The translations under genes were made by a program, and so were the position numbers. A stretch of 64,000 nucleotides of DNA from Eutreptiella sp. 'Long Island Sound 2002' (lineage: Eukaryota; Protista; Euglenida): assembly GCA_964036045.1 (NCBI GenBank), contig OZ038379.1:31310001-31374000 (forward strand). Direction: 5' to 3'. The notes under the pieces are model-generated. The model was not told the origin of the DNA, did not search any database, and was given only the letters and a program-made list of their open reading frames with translations. Each line of letters opens with the position of its first letter. Position 1 is the first letter of the stretch. Of this stretch, positions 50,244 through 61,786 are shown piece after piece.

Positions 50244-51295
50244 AAATCAGAAGTGGCCCACAAGTGGGCCAAGCGGCTAGATAACACCTCCCGCCTCGGC
50301 GTTCCCCAACGGTTCAGAGCGGGGAACACACTCAGCAGTGGCTCACAAGTGGGCCGGATGGCTACATAACCCCGCAACCATGGGGGTCCCCAACACTTCA
50401 GAGCGGAAGACCCAATCAGCAGTGGCCCACAAGTGGGCCGGGTGGCTACATAACACTTGCCGCCTCGGGGGTCCCCAACGCTTTAGAGCGGGGGACAAAA
50501 TCATAAGCGGCCCACAAGTGGGCCGGGTGGCTACATAACCCCTGCCGCCTCACGGGTCCCCAACGCTTCAGAGGAGGGAATAGAATCAGCGGTGGCCCAC
50601 AAGTGGGCCGGGTGGCTACAGACACCCTACCGCCTGGGGGTCCCCACCGCTTCCGTGCGGGGGACAGACGCAGCAGTGGCCCACAAGTGGGCCGGGTGGC
50701 TACAGAACCCTTGCCGCTTGGGGGGTCCGAAACACTTCAGAGCGGGTGACAAAATCAGTGGGCTGGATGGCTACATAGCCCTTGCCACCTTGGGGGTCCC
50801 CAACGCTTTAGGGCGGGGGACACAATCAATAGTGGCCCATAAGTGGGCAGGGTGGCTACATAACCCGTGCAGCTTGGGGGGTCCCCAATGCCGGACAGCG
50901 GAAGACAGAATCAGCAGTGGCCCACAAATGGGCCGCTTGGCTACAAAACCCCTGCAGGCTGGGGGGGTCCCGAACGCTTTAGAGCGGGGGATGGATTTAG
51001 CAGTGGCCCACAAGTGGGCCGGTTGGTTACATAACCCCTGCCGCCCGGGGGAGCGGGGGGGGGGGGGAACTAAGGCTTCAGGGCGGGAGGTAGCCCACAA
51101 GTGGGCAAGGCGGCTACAGAACCCTTGCCGCCCGGGGGATCCCCAACACTTCAGAGCGGGCGACAGAATCAGCAGTGGCCCACAAGTGGGCCACGTGGCT
51201 ACACAATCCCTGCTGCTTGTGTGTGGGGGGGGGGGGGGGGGGCAACGCTTCACGGCGGGGGATAGAATCAACAGTGGCCCACAAGTGGGCCGGCA
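50244..51295 (+). repeat. Second, more diverged tandem array of the 86-bp satellite (~12 units of 83-86 bp)
   Basis: About 12 copies of the palindrome g(g)cccacaagtgggc, each followed by ggctac(a/t)taacccctgccgc.tcgggggtcccc. Same strand as array 1. Confidence 0.93.
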
Positions 51296-52079
51296 AAGAA
51301 CACTGCTGCCCCCTTTCCAATTTAGTCGGACTGGTTGGTGACGCAGAGAAAAGGACCAAGAAAGAAGGAATAACACAAGCAGGGTTACCGTGTGCTGGGG
51401 AGTGGCATTCCACAATTGTGGGGGAAAGAATTGAAAAGGGGACGATACCACAGGAGGGCCAACCTGCCATGGGTTGGTGAAAAAATAGTCACTGGCACGC
51501 AGCCGACACCATTGTCAAGTGTAAGGGTCAAGTGTCAAATGCCAAGTCTGTGGAGGGCGAAGTCCCTGTGGCTATTCTCCACCCACGCTGCCTCCAGCCC
51601 TCCACCAACTCCGTACTCCCATTGTACACTGATTCTCATCCACCCCCCAACACAAAAGACCTATTTCTTTTGTCCCCAATCCCATACCGCATCCCATGCC
51701 CGATTGCTTACTGTTGATACGCGATCTTTGAAGGCCCGTCTTGCTGCCACACTGGATGTTGGCCATGGCTCTGTTAGGACTCTTTTCTTGGGATTATTTG
51801 TGTCTAGTGCCAATGACACCATGTGAAACTATGTTATATTGGCTAAGTCCCAACCATTTGGTGCCCACACGGAGTACTAGGTGCACTGTGGACCCGGTGT
51901 CCCGGGACACCGTTAAGGTCGCTATGGGGTGCCGTATGGAACCGGCAGCTGTACATATTGCGCATGTATTGCAAAGGTTGCATTTCTTTCAATTTTTTTT
52001 AAATATTTTTCATAACTTAGCCTAAAAAACAATTACACGTGTTGACCGCAACAAAAAATTCAAGTTTTTTATAACCCGC

Positions 52080-52390
52080 GCAACTTACCGCAAAAAAAAA
52101 ACAACAACACACATTTACCGCAAAAAAAATTACACCACTCCACGATTTTTTTGTACATGAGTTACATTTTTAGCTGCAAGAACCCCGTCTAGCCTCCTGT
52201 TCCCAGAGTCCGGGGTGTCCAGGTGAAAAGGGAGGAGGATGGAAGGCAGTCTGATAAGTGTATGTTGTAATTCGTCTCATTTTGTTTTACGGGAAATGCG
52301 TGTAACAAAAAAATCGTCTAGCCGTATAATTTTTTTTGCGGTAAGTCGTGTAAACCCGTCACACGCATTACCGCAAAAAAAAATTACATG
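52080..52390. repeat. AT-rich block with repeated taccgcaaaaaaaa(a)ttaca motifs in both orientations
   Basis: Direct copies near 52086, 52115 and 52368; inverted copy near 52327. Confidence 0.6.
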
Positions 52391-55300
52391 ACTAGACAAT
52401 TTTTTTGTACACGCGGGCACGTCTAGGCAGGGTGTGGTTCGGAATGAGCGCCAACCCTCGGGGGCAGCCAGACCGGAGGTGGTGAACCCCGCTCCGCCGG
52501 GGCACGTGCTGCAACTCGTCTGGGAGCCTCTCCCGGAAGATGACGAGCGGGAGGCGGCCAAGCTCCCGGATGTGGACCCCGCGCCGCTGGACCCCCTGCC
52601 GTCCACGTTCCAGGCCGTCTGCGTCCTGGACCCGGAAGTTTTGGCGGACGCCAACTTGCGCTGGCTCCATGTGGGTTCTTTCGGCAAGGACCATGCCTAG
52701 CGGCACCTCAAGCCGCTAATGGGGGCGGCCTTGCCTCACCCCCCGCCCATGCGGGTGGTGGTCAGAGGGTCGAAGGTTGAGGTCTCTGCGGACCTCGCTA
52801 AAGAGGTGGCGCTGCTGGTTATTCGTGCCAGTGCCACAGGCCGGGGAGTCCACTTCCGGCCGTGGATAGTCACGGGCTCCACCTGCCACCATCCCGCGTA
52901 TGTGTTGTGGTACAAGCAGCCGCCGGAGCGCCGCGGGCCCTCCCCGGAGGTATGGAAGACCCTCGCCGAGGATCAAGAGCTCCAGGTGCTGTTCGCGGGG
53001 CTTGTGGACGGGGGTGCCCCTGGCAACGTGTGGGGGCACAGATCTGGGGAACCAAGCTGGCGAGCCACGCGGTTGTGGCGCACATCGCCAGCCTGTTGGG
53101 TGCGCCGGCCCCGTCACGGACGCCCTCTGTGCGGGTCCACGGCTACCTGGCACAACTGGGTTTGGCTGCGGATCCGTATGCGCAGCTCCGGTGCTACGCC
53201 AAAGAGGCCTTTGGGTCAGAGGTGAACGTCCGCGTCCACCGCTGCACCCAGGTGGCCCACAGCACCCTCAACCGGCCGGTCTTTGACCCCGAGCTAGAGG
53301 GGGTGCCTGAGGACTGGCAGGGAGTCCGGCTGGGCGCGCCCGATACCCGCCTCCCCGACCGCCTCTGGCAGTGCACAACCCGCAGCTCCTGCCGCGGGCA
53401 CTACCAGGAGGGTGTCTGTGCGCCCAAAGCCCACGAGGGCGCCCCGGGGTGAGGCGATGGCCCTGTGTCCCCACCGGTCGGGGGGGGGGGGTTGCCCGGG
53501 CGGTGGCAGGGGGCCCCATGCCCAAGTGGGGCGGTGGCGGTATGGCAGGGGGCATAGCCGCCGCGGCACTCCGGCTGCCCCTCGCACCGAGCGTGACTGG
53601 GAACGTGCCAAGGGGCTCCTCCCCTCTCCCCCCCCCTCCCCCTTGGTGGGATAGTGTTAGCAGGCCAGGTAGTCAGCGAGCGCCGCCTAACCGGGAAGCC
53701 ACTAGGGTGGCATGCGCAACGTCTGTGGGCGGTAGCTTGCCCGCGGGGGCCGACGGCAGCGCCGGCGGCGCCTAGGCACGAGGACGTGGAGAGGGCGGCA
53801 CCACGAGCAAACTCCTTGGCGACCCGCCGGCTGCGCTCAAGGCTGGTGGTGGTGGTGGTGATGGCGGCGGTCCCGGCACCGGTGGATTTCCCCATTGGAT
53901 GGGCTCAGGAACCGGACCCTCCATGCGGCAGGAGGCTGTCTATACGCCCACAGCCCACGAGGGCGCCCTGCGGCGAGGTGGTGGCCCTGGGTCCCTCTCG
54001 GGCGGGGGATCACACCCGGGTGGTGGTAGGTGGCCCAAGTTCAGGGTGGGGAAGTGGCGGGATGGCACGGGACCCAGCCGCCGTAGCGCTGCGGCTGTCC
54101 TTCGCGCTAGGCGTCGCCAGGGGGGTGTCAGGGACCCCCCCTTGCCTAGGAACGGTAGTGGCCGCAGTCCGGGCCAACGGTGTGCACCACCTAACCAGGG
54201 AATGGCAGGGAGGGAGCATGGGGCAGCTGGGCGCAACCCCCCCCCCCCCCCACCATCCCCCCACCCCCTTGCCCCCTGCGCTAGCCGCCCTGCGGCGTGC
54301 CACCAGTTTCTTTTGCCCATGGCACAAGGACCACGTGGTCGGGGCTAAGGGTGAGGGCGCGGGCACCCCGGCCTGCCCCCCCCACTCCCCTGGAACCGGC
54401 GGCGGCACCACAGCCTCGCCCTGCTGCGGTGGTGGTACGGCCAGGCTGCCCGGGTGTTCCCCGCCCGCCATTAGCGAATAGGGTGGGCCAGCACCACTTG
54501 TGCCCTTGCCCCCCTCGAAGGGCTGTGCCCTGGGGTCCTGCGCCTCCGGGACCTCCTCGCCGGGGCGTGGAATGGGTGGTGGCACACCCACCACCAGCGT
54601 GCGGACGGCCCCGTCTAGTTATCCGCCTTCCACGGCCCCGGTGGCCCCGAGTTTGGGACCAATGGGGCCACCGTCGGCCGGGCGCTGCAATGGAGGTACC
54701 CCTGCGCGCTCTTTGCGCGCTCCGGCCGCCCCGACGACCGGAGGGCCAGTCTCTTCGACACGTGGCCCTGGTACAAGGCGACACAGTTGTAGGAGGAGAC
54801 CGGCGCGTTGATGTGGTGGCCGACCCGCCATGGCCGGGTGGAGCATCAGGACCCCCCGACTGCTAGCACCTCCACCCACGCCGCCGCCTCACTATCTTCA
54901 AAGGAGACGGCCGCCGGCAGGCCCCACACCACGGTGGTGGACGGGTGGGGACGGGTGTGGCACAACGATCCTGCCCGCCAGTCACCCCCCCTCCAACCCC
55001 TACCCCTTGGCGAACTGGCGGGAGGTGGCCGCCGAGGTGCACGCCCACCTCCTCCGCCTCACCGACATCCGGTGGGCCGCCCTACCGGAGCTGGGAGAGG
55101 TCCGGGCCACCGTCCGGTGGCCAAACGACCTCCGCCGCGTTCCCCCCGGCCCCTATCGGGGCCTCTTGCACGAGGTTCCCAGAGAGGCCGATCGCCTCGC
55201 CGAGGGATGGGAGCACGGTCGCCCCCCGCGCACACCAGCTTCCCCCCTGCCGCCTGTCTCCGGTGGACCGCCGCCTCCTACCACGCAACCCCCCCCCCCC

Positions 55301-55580
55301 CCCCGCCTCCCTGCGCGCCCACCTTGGGCCAGTGACCTATGTCGCCTGCCTGGCCTCGGTGGAGCGGGGCCGTCCAGCCCAGGAGCAATAGCTGACGTGC
55401 AGGCATGCGATGTTGCCCTCCCTTTGACTCCTCCCCTCACGCCTCCTAAACGCCAGCATTGAGTTTGTGTGTGGGCCGGGTACTCCCCCCCCTTCCCCCC
55501 CTCCCCCCGCTGGGGTGACCGTGGCTCTGCCTCTTCCACCCCCTTGATGGGATGGCGATGGGACCCCCCCCCCCCTCCCA

Positions 55581-55619
55581 CTGCTGTGTGGCGGTGATGT
55601 GCACCCCCACCCAGGGCCG
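55581..55619 (+). other. 2A/StopGo-like peptide motif (LLCGGDVHPHPGP) immediately before APE, copy B
   Basis: ctg ctg tgt ggc ggt gat gtg cac ccc cac cca ggg ccg, then LRAAQAYVMSL (start of APE). Confidence 0.6.
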
Positions 55620-58600
55620 TTGCGCGCGGCACAAGCCTACGTCATGTCCCTGCGCATGCACTGGCACACGGTCGCTGAGTGGCAGGTGGACGTGGTTCTG
55701 CGCTCCGAGACCCGTCTCACGGCAGTCGCGCAGCCAGTGATGCGCGCCCAGGCCGGGGCCTCGGGGTGGCAAGCTTTCTGGGGTGCCCCCCCGGAATCCG
55801 GGAGGGGCGGGGGGGCATGTGGGATGCGCCGGCCAGGGGGTGGGGATCATGGTGCGCTAGGGCATTCCCGTGAGACAGCTCCTTCCCCCCAAAGGGGCGC
55901 CCCGGGGCGAGGAAGACTCAGTCGCCCAGACCCTGTGGCACTCCACCCGATGGTGCCATGTTTTGGTGGGCTTGGGGCGGGGATCGGAGCCACTACATGC
56001 CCAGGCGGCCTACGGCGTCTCCTCGCAGCCGGTCCTCAACCTGGCCTTGTGGGACTAGGCCACGCAGTGAGTGGCGCGCCACGGGGTGGCCCCTTGGCCG
56101 GCGGGGGGGGGGGACCTAAACTTCGACCTCGAACGCCTACTGCGGGCCCCCCCATCCGTCCTGGCGTTCCTCCTGGTCCGCTGGCTGGTGGACGCAGACC
56201 TTGAAGTGGCGTCCGCCTTCGGGCGGCACCCCCTTTGCTCGTACCAGGGCCCGGAGGGTACGAGCCTCTCGCGCATTGATGGGCGCTGGTCGTCACACGG
56301 CGCTGCTCCACGCAGCGGAACTGCTCCCGCGCTGGGCCATCCCGGGCCACACCCCGGTGCGATCCGACTTGCACCTGAAGGGTGCATCTTAGCGGGTGGT
56401 GAAGTTCATCTGCCCCAAGCCCACTGAGTTGGCGCCACGGGAGGAACATGAGCGGCCCCTCCTCGTGCATCGCCTCGTGGAGCCCATGGAGGCCGGCTAG
56501 CGAGCGGCCCTATCCAGGAGTGGGATGGACCCGGCCTGGGCCTTTTGGACCATGACGGCAGAGGAAACCCTCCTCGTCCTCTCCTGCCTGGGCATTGCCC
56601 CGGACTCCCTTCCGGCGGAGGCCGCCTTGCCGCTTGCCCCGCCGCACCTGCCCCGGGGTAGGGGGACCGACCAGCTGCTTTGTGAGGTGTGCCTGTGCCC
56701 AAAGCAGCGCAGGGACACCGGGGGGCCGCTCACTTGCCCCGTGGTGCGCATCCAGGCGGCCCACGGCCCCCTCCGGGACGTCCTCCGCTTGCGGGAGCGA
56801 CCGGCTCACGGCGTGGGCACCAGCCGCGCAGGGTGCAGCAGGCGTGGGCAGCGCTCCGGCGCCGCCTCGAAAAACTCTGCGCACTCGGCCCGGAGTATGC
56901 CGGCCGGGAAACGGGCCGCACACATGACCGGCTGGCCCCGCTGGAGTCGCTGTGCCGCCTCCTTATGAGGGTGGCAGGCAAGGTTTGGGCCACGCTGTGC
57001 ACGGAGGACCAGAGCCTCCTGCGCGAATGGCGCGTCTAGCTGGAGGAGGTTTGGACTTCCGACTAGGGGGCAGTGTACCGGTGGCTCAAGGATGAGTCCT
57101 GCGCCCCGCCGGTCACCTTCCTCTCCAGGCCGACTTGGCGGAAATGGATGGCCTCCTACAGGACGCGTGGCAGCCAATAAACCGCCAAAAAAGACCCCGA
57201 CCCGGATCCCACAGTCTTCCTCCGCCGGTATGGGCACCATGTTTGGCGGGTCCCCATGATTGCCTCGCGGCTAGATGGCCCCCGCCTGCGCAAGAGACTC
57301 TCCCGCATGAACCCCTCGGCTCTGGGATTGCAGGTGGCCGACCTCCGCTCCCTCCCCAACATGCTGCTCGGTTGGCTGGCAGACCTCCTGTGGGAAGTGG
57401 AACGCGGTGGCCGGCCCGCCTGGCCGAGGGCTACACTGCCCTCATCCCCAAGGAGAGCCCGCCTGAACCCTTGAACACCCGCCCGCCCACGGTTGTGTCC
57501 ATGGTCTACAGGATGTGGGCGCATGTGCGCTTGGCGGACGCCATCGCGTGGCAGGAGTCTTGGGCCCACTCAGCGGCCTTTGGCTTCCGCCCGGCCAGGA
57601 GCGCCGTGGACGGGGCGGCGGTGACACACATCCTTTTGGAATTGTGTTGTCTCCGGGGGTGGGCGGTGGCAGGGATGAGTACCAACTGCGTCCAGTGTTT
57701 CAATCTCATCCCCCAAGCGGTCGTGGTGGCCCTGGCGTTGGAGCTGCGCATGGACTCGGGCACATGCCGTGCCCTCAAGGCCATGTACAAGCATCTCCGC
57801 CGGGCCTTCAAGGTCGCCGGGGCCCTTGGCCAATGGTGGCAAGCCACCACTGGCATCCTCCAGGGCTGTCCCCTGTCGGTGATCCTCGTGAATGTCCTCA
57901 CCACAATCTAGAAGTGGGAGGTGGACTCCCTACGCCGACAGGTGTGCTCGCGGACAGCTGCCCTCCCCCCCACTCTTGACGAGGACGCGGTGGCCGACCT
58001 GGAGGCGGGGGCCCAACTCCCCCTCAAGGACGCGGGTCCGGGCTACGCCGCGTTAGGGTCGTCGGGCTATGCGGACGACACCCAAGCGGTGGCCCTAGGC
58101 GCGGCCTCCCTGCAAGGGACGGTCCCCATGACGGCGGAGGTCACGGGTCAAGTTGTGCGCGTGGACAAGTCTTGCTCGTGGGTCGAGGGGGAAGAGGGCC
58201 CCCCAGCGGTCCTCCTCCGGGGTGTCCCAATCCCGCTGGCGGAAACTTTCCGCCAACTTGGCGTGGACGTCGCCATTGGGGGCTCCAGGATAACAGGGCC
58301 GGTGCTTTCCCGGCGCTTGGAGGCGGGCCGGAGTGCCCTCCGCCGCCTCCCCCATCTCTCCACCTACGACCGCCGGGAACGGGCCATCAGCACGCTGGTC
58401 ACCCCTCTGGCACTCCATGGAGTGGCCGTCGCGTTGGTGAAGGACTCCAACTTGCGGGGACTGGAGACTGCAGTTGTGCTGGCCCTGTGGGGAGCTACGT
58501 GTCTGTCCCGGGCCAAGGAGATTGTCTTCTCGGTTCGTTTCCAAGGGACACAACATCTCCCCGGTGATGCACACACGGTGCGAACGGCTACTGTGGTTGG

Positions 58601-60915
58601 CCCATGTGGCCCGGAGACTGGGGGTCACCCAGGTTTTCACCTAGGCCATCTGGGAGTCGGGCGGCCACCCGCCTCGGGCGGACACCCACCCTGGACGGGG
58701 ACGGTGGGGCGTGTGCTCCAAACGGCGGTTACCCTGGGGTGGAGCCCACACGAGGGCTAGTGGTGCTGGGACGTCCTGGGGCAAGAGTACCAGCTGCACT
58801 TTGTGCAGGAGCCCCTCCACCAGGTGCAACACCGGGTGCGGGACAGCCTTCGCTGCCATTCCTCACGCCAGCTGGAGGTGCGGCGCCCGGTCACCTTTGG
58901 GGGGATGGGCGACAGGGCAGATGGCTGACCTGCCGCGCGGTCATCGCGTTGCCTCCACGGAGCTGGAGAAGTTGCTGCTGCACGGCCTCATGCTGGAGCC
59001 TTGTGGGCGGCAGTGAGGGTGTCGGGCCACGGCACGCGGACCAACTCCGCGTGCCCCCAGTGCGGGGTGGCGCACGAGGACGAGGTCCACGTCCTATGGG
59101 ACTGCCCGGAGTGGGAGTAGGACAGGGAGACATGGCGTCCCTGGCTGCGTGACGCGGCGGCGGCCATCCCCCAGCTTGGGCCGCCAGACTAGTGGCCGGC
59201 CTGCTTGCCGAGGGCGGGCCTCTCCCCCCTCCGACTGGCGCGGGGGGTGGAGCGGGAACTTCTTGACGAGTTCCTGCACCGCCTGTACGGCATGTACCTG
59301 GCGGTCTTCGCCGCCCGCATGGCCGCGAGCCGCGGGGACCAGGCAGGCCACACGGACTCCGTGTTCTCGGACCAGCCGCGGCCGCGGCCCCGCAACCCTT
59401 TCCTCTGGGACGACTTCGTCAGCCCCCTCCCGGGGGATGCAATCCGCAACTAGCCGAGCCTTTGGCCGGGGTCCCTGCCGGGCTGGCGGTCGCCCCAGGA
59501 CTTCGTCTAGGACTTGGTGAGGTGGGCAAGGGCGCTGGCCTGGATGCTGGGGCCAGCGAAAGTATCCTGGGCTGGGCTAGCCCTGGACTACGAGGCCTTT
59601 GCGGGGCGGGCGCTCCCAGCCTTCCCGGATCACCCTCTGCTGGGTACGCGCCTGCCGCTCGCCCAAATCCTGCGCAAGGCGGCAGGGCTGGTCGAGCACC
59701 ACCTAGTGGCGGACACACTATGCGGGGCCCCCCTCGGGCTTTCTCGCTCCCTCCTCCCCCTCGGAGGCCGCGTGTGCGCTGGTCTGTCGGCCCGTCCGTT
59801 TTTGCGGCATGCCACGATTCGATGCTGCAGCTTATGCACCCGGCGACACACTGCCGGGACACGTGGATCCGGCGCCTGCAAGCGCCGGCCCGCATGCGGC
59901 CGCCAGTAGGTGACCGTTTTCTCATGGACGACTACCCCCGCCCCCTCGAGGGGGGGCTACCGCTTCTGCCGTACGCCAGGAGGCCCCCGCGGGCGCCGCC
60001 CAAGAGCGTTCCGCTCGCGGCCCCGCAGCGCAGCCGCCCACCGGCAGCGGGCATTGGCACTCAGGGCGCGCTCTGCTTGGAGCATGGGGCACCATTGTGC
60101 CGCAGGTGCAGAAGCCTAGGCTGGGGCATCAGCCGCTGCTGCCGTCCCGGACACAAGGGGCACACCGACCCTGCGGCGGGCTCGCGTTGCCCGAAGGCCG
60201 CGCCTCGGGTCACACCGGGCCGCCAGGTGCTTGTGCCCCAGGACCGGCGCGCTGGGGCGGCGGCGCTGTCCTCCTGGCTCGCCTCCCAAGCCCTCCCAGT
60301 CTCGGCCCCCCCGGCCTCTCGCCGGTGCACGCCCCCCCCCCCCCCCAGACGCCGGGGGCTCGCGCTCCCTCTGCCCTGGGTCTTGAGGGCTCCAGACCCC
60401 CGAAACGCGCCAAACCCAACCTCCTTGCTGACCAAGGGAGGACAGTGAGTGTGGGACCAGCGCAACCGGGAGGTGGGGCAGCCAACCCGTTCTCCCCCCA
60501 ACAACTGCTGGAGGCAACTGCGGTCTGGCGCCAACAAGCGCCCATCCAGAGGTTGGCCTGCCAAGGGCGCCACCGCCGCCACAGGGCTCACCCCCAGCAC
60601 AGCAACCCCCCCCCCCCCGCCGGCGGCTGAGCCTCCGGCATCGCTCCCCGATGTTTTTGGCTGCATCTCGGCGGCCCAAAGTAGCCGCGCCGTACTGCGG
60701 CGTCGATCCCCACACTGGGGACGCAGGCGGCCGCAGCCGAAGGCCACCGGGTCCATCGCGGACATGCTCTGCGCGCCCCCTCCCCGCCCCGTACCCGGCG
60801 ACACGAGGGGGGCCCCCTCTGACCCCATGGCGAACGCGCCCCCCACGCCTTCGCCACCTCAGTGCACACTGCCGCAGCGGCGGCAGCATGGCAGGGCAAG
60901 CACAGAAGAGACTTA
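55620..60915 (+). pseudogene. Copy B ORF2: APE, RT, Zn finger and C-terminal extension
   Basis: VDVVLRSETRL, GGDLNF, RIDG, IPGHTPVRSDL; FGFRPARS, QCFNLIP, GILQGCPLS, GYADD (58068-58079); C-x2-C-x4-EDEVHVLWDC. Numerous TAG stops and frameshifts. Confidence 0.92.
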
Positions 60916-61061
60916 GTCCCCTCTGGCGCGTCCCTCGTGGCCGCCGTGCAGACCTAGGCGGGGGGCTTGTACAGGAGGCCACGGGCGCCTGAACTCCACT
61001 CGGCCCACCTCCCCGCCCCTCTGCCTCTGTATATATTCCAGTGGATGCTAAAAGACGAATG

Positions 61062-61732
61062 CCCTCTTTATGTGTTTTTCACCCTATTTGGGTGTTGGGT
61101 GGGGATGGGATGGGATGGGAATGTGTCCAACACCAGTATTGACGTGGCCTGAAGCGCTGCGCTTTGAGACCCTGTGGCTGACCTGTCAGAGCGGCGCAGG
61201 CTCCCCCGCGTTGGACTCGGTTGTAACAGGACACCGCTGACCCTGGGCGACCCAGGCGCAGTGAATCCCGACACACTCGTGTGGGGGGGGGGGGGGTCCC
61301 AATGGGGCCGGGGCACAACCTGCTTATGCAGTTTTGCAGCCTTGGCAGCTCAAAAATGGAAATTTCCAAAACTGATTTTTTTTGATATTATGACCATCCA
61401 CAATGATCAAATATCCTATGCAAAGCCTCTAGGGAAGGACACGGGCGCCTAAACTGGACTCGGCCCACCTCCCCGCCCCTCTGTCTCTGTACATAGACCA
61501 GTGGACGTTAATCGACGAATGCCCTCTTTATGTGTTTTTCACCCTATTTGGGTGTTTTGGGGTGAGAGGGGGATCCCAAAGGGGTTGGGGCACAACCTGC
61601 GCATGCAGTCTTCCAGCCTCGGCAGCTCAAAAATGGAAATTTCCAAAACTGATTTTTTTGATACTATGACCATCCACAATGATCAAATATCTGATATAAA
61701 GCATGTTTTAGCCCCTCTTTATGTGTTTTTCA
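61062..61732 (+). repeat. Tandem units of a ~190-bp-core repeat that serves as the LINE target
   Basis: ccctctttatgtgtttttca at 61062, 61522 and 61713. gggcacaacctgc..atgcagt..cagcct.ggcagctcaaaaatggaaatttccaaaactgatttttttgata.tatgaccatccacaatgatcaaatatc at ~61310-61415 and ~61588-61692. Confidence 0.9.
61427..61521 (+). mobile_element. ~95-bp 3'-terminal LINE fragment (severely 5'-truncated insertion)
   Basis: ggacacgggcgcctaaactggactcggcccacctccccgcccctc...ccagtggacgttaatcgacgaatg matches the 3' ends of A and B and is followed by the same 20-bp target. Confidence 0.85.
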
Positions 61733-61785
61733 GGCTTCTTGTTGTGAGCCTGCTCGAGGCGAAGCTGCACTAGCCGAGCCGCAAC
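61733..61785 (+). ncRNA. Minimal (P4-less) HDV-like self-cleaving ribozyme at the 5' end of element C
   Basis: P1 GGCUUC/GAAGCU with G1-U wobble; P2 GUUGUG/CGCAAC; P3 GCC/GGC; 7-nt L3 UGCUCGA (U..G reverse-wobble positions kept); 2-bp P1.1 GC/GC; J4/2 C-C-G-A. G1 is the first base after the 20-bp target. Confidence 0.72.
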
Positions 61786-61786
61786 C

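Larger units (their letters stand above)
52411..61061 (+). mobile_element. 5'-truncated APE-RT LINE (copy B), inactivated
   Basis: Colinear with copy A from its position ~11210 to the shared 3' end ccagtggatgctaaaagacgaatg. Followed directly by the 20-bp target ccctctttatgtgtttttca (61062-61081). No matching 5' TSD. Confidence 0.93.

Noticed and set aside
2867-61061. TAG stop-codon reassignment or readthrough explaining the in-frame TAGs
   Set aside because: TAG aligns to both Gln and Trp, and mostly at different positions in each copy. A few shared TAGs (e.g. DHA*RH, WD*A) are compatible with hotspot or ancestral hits.
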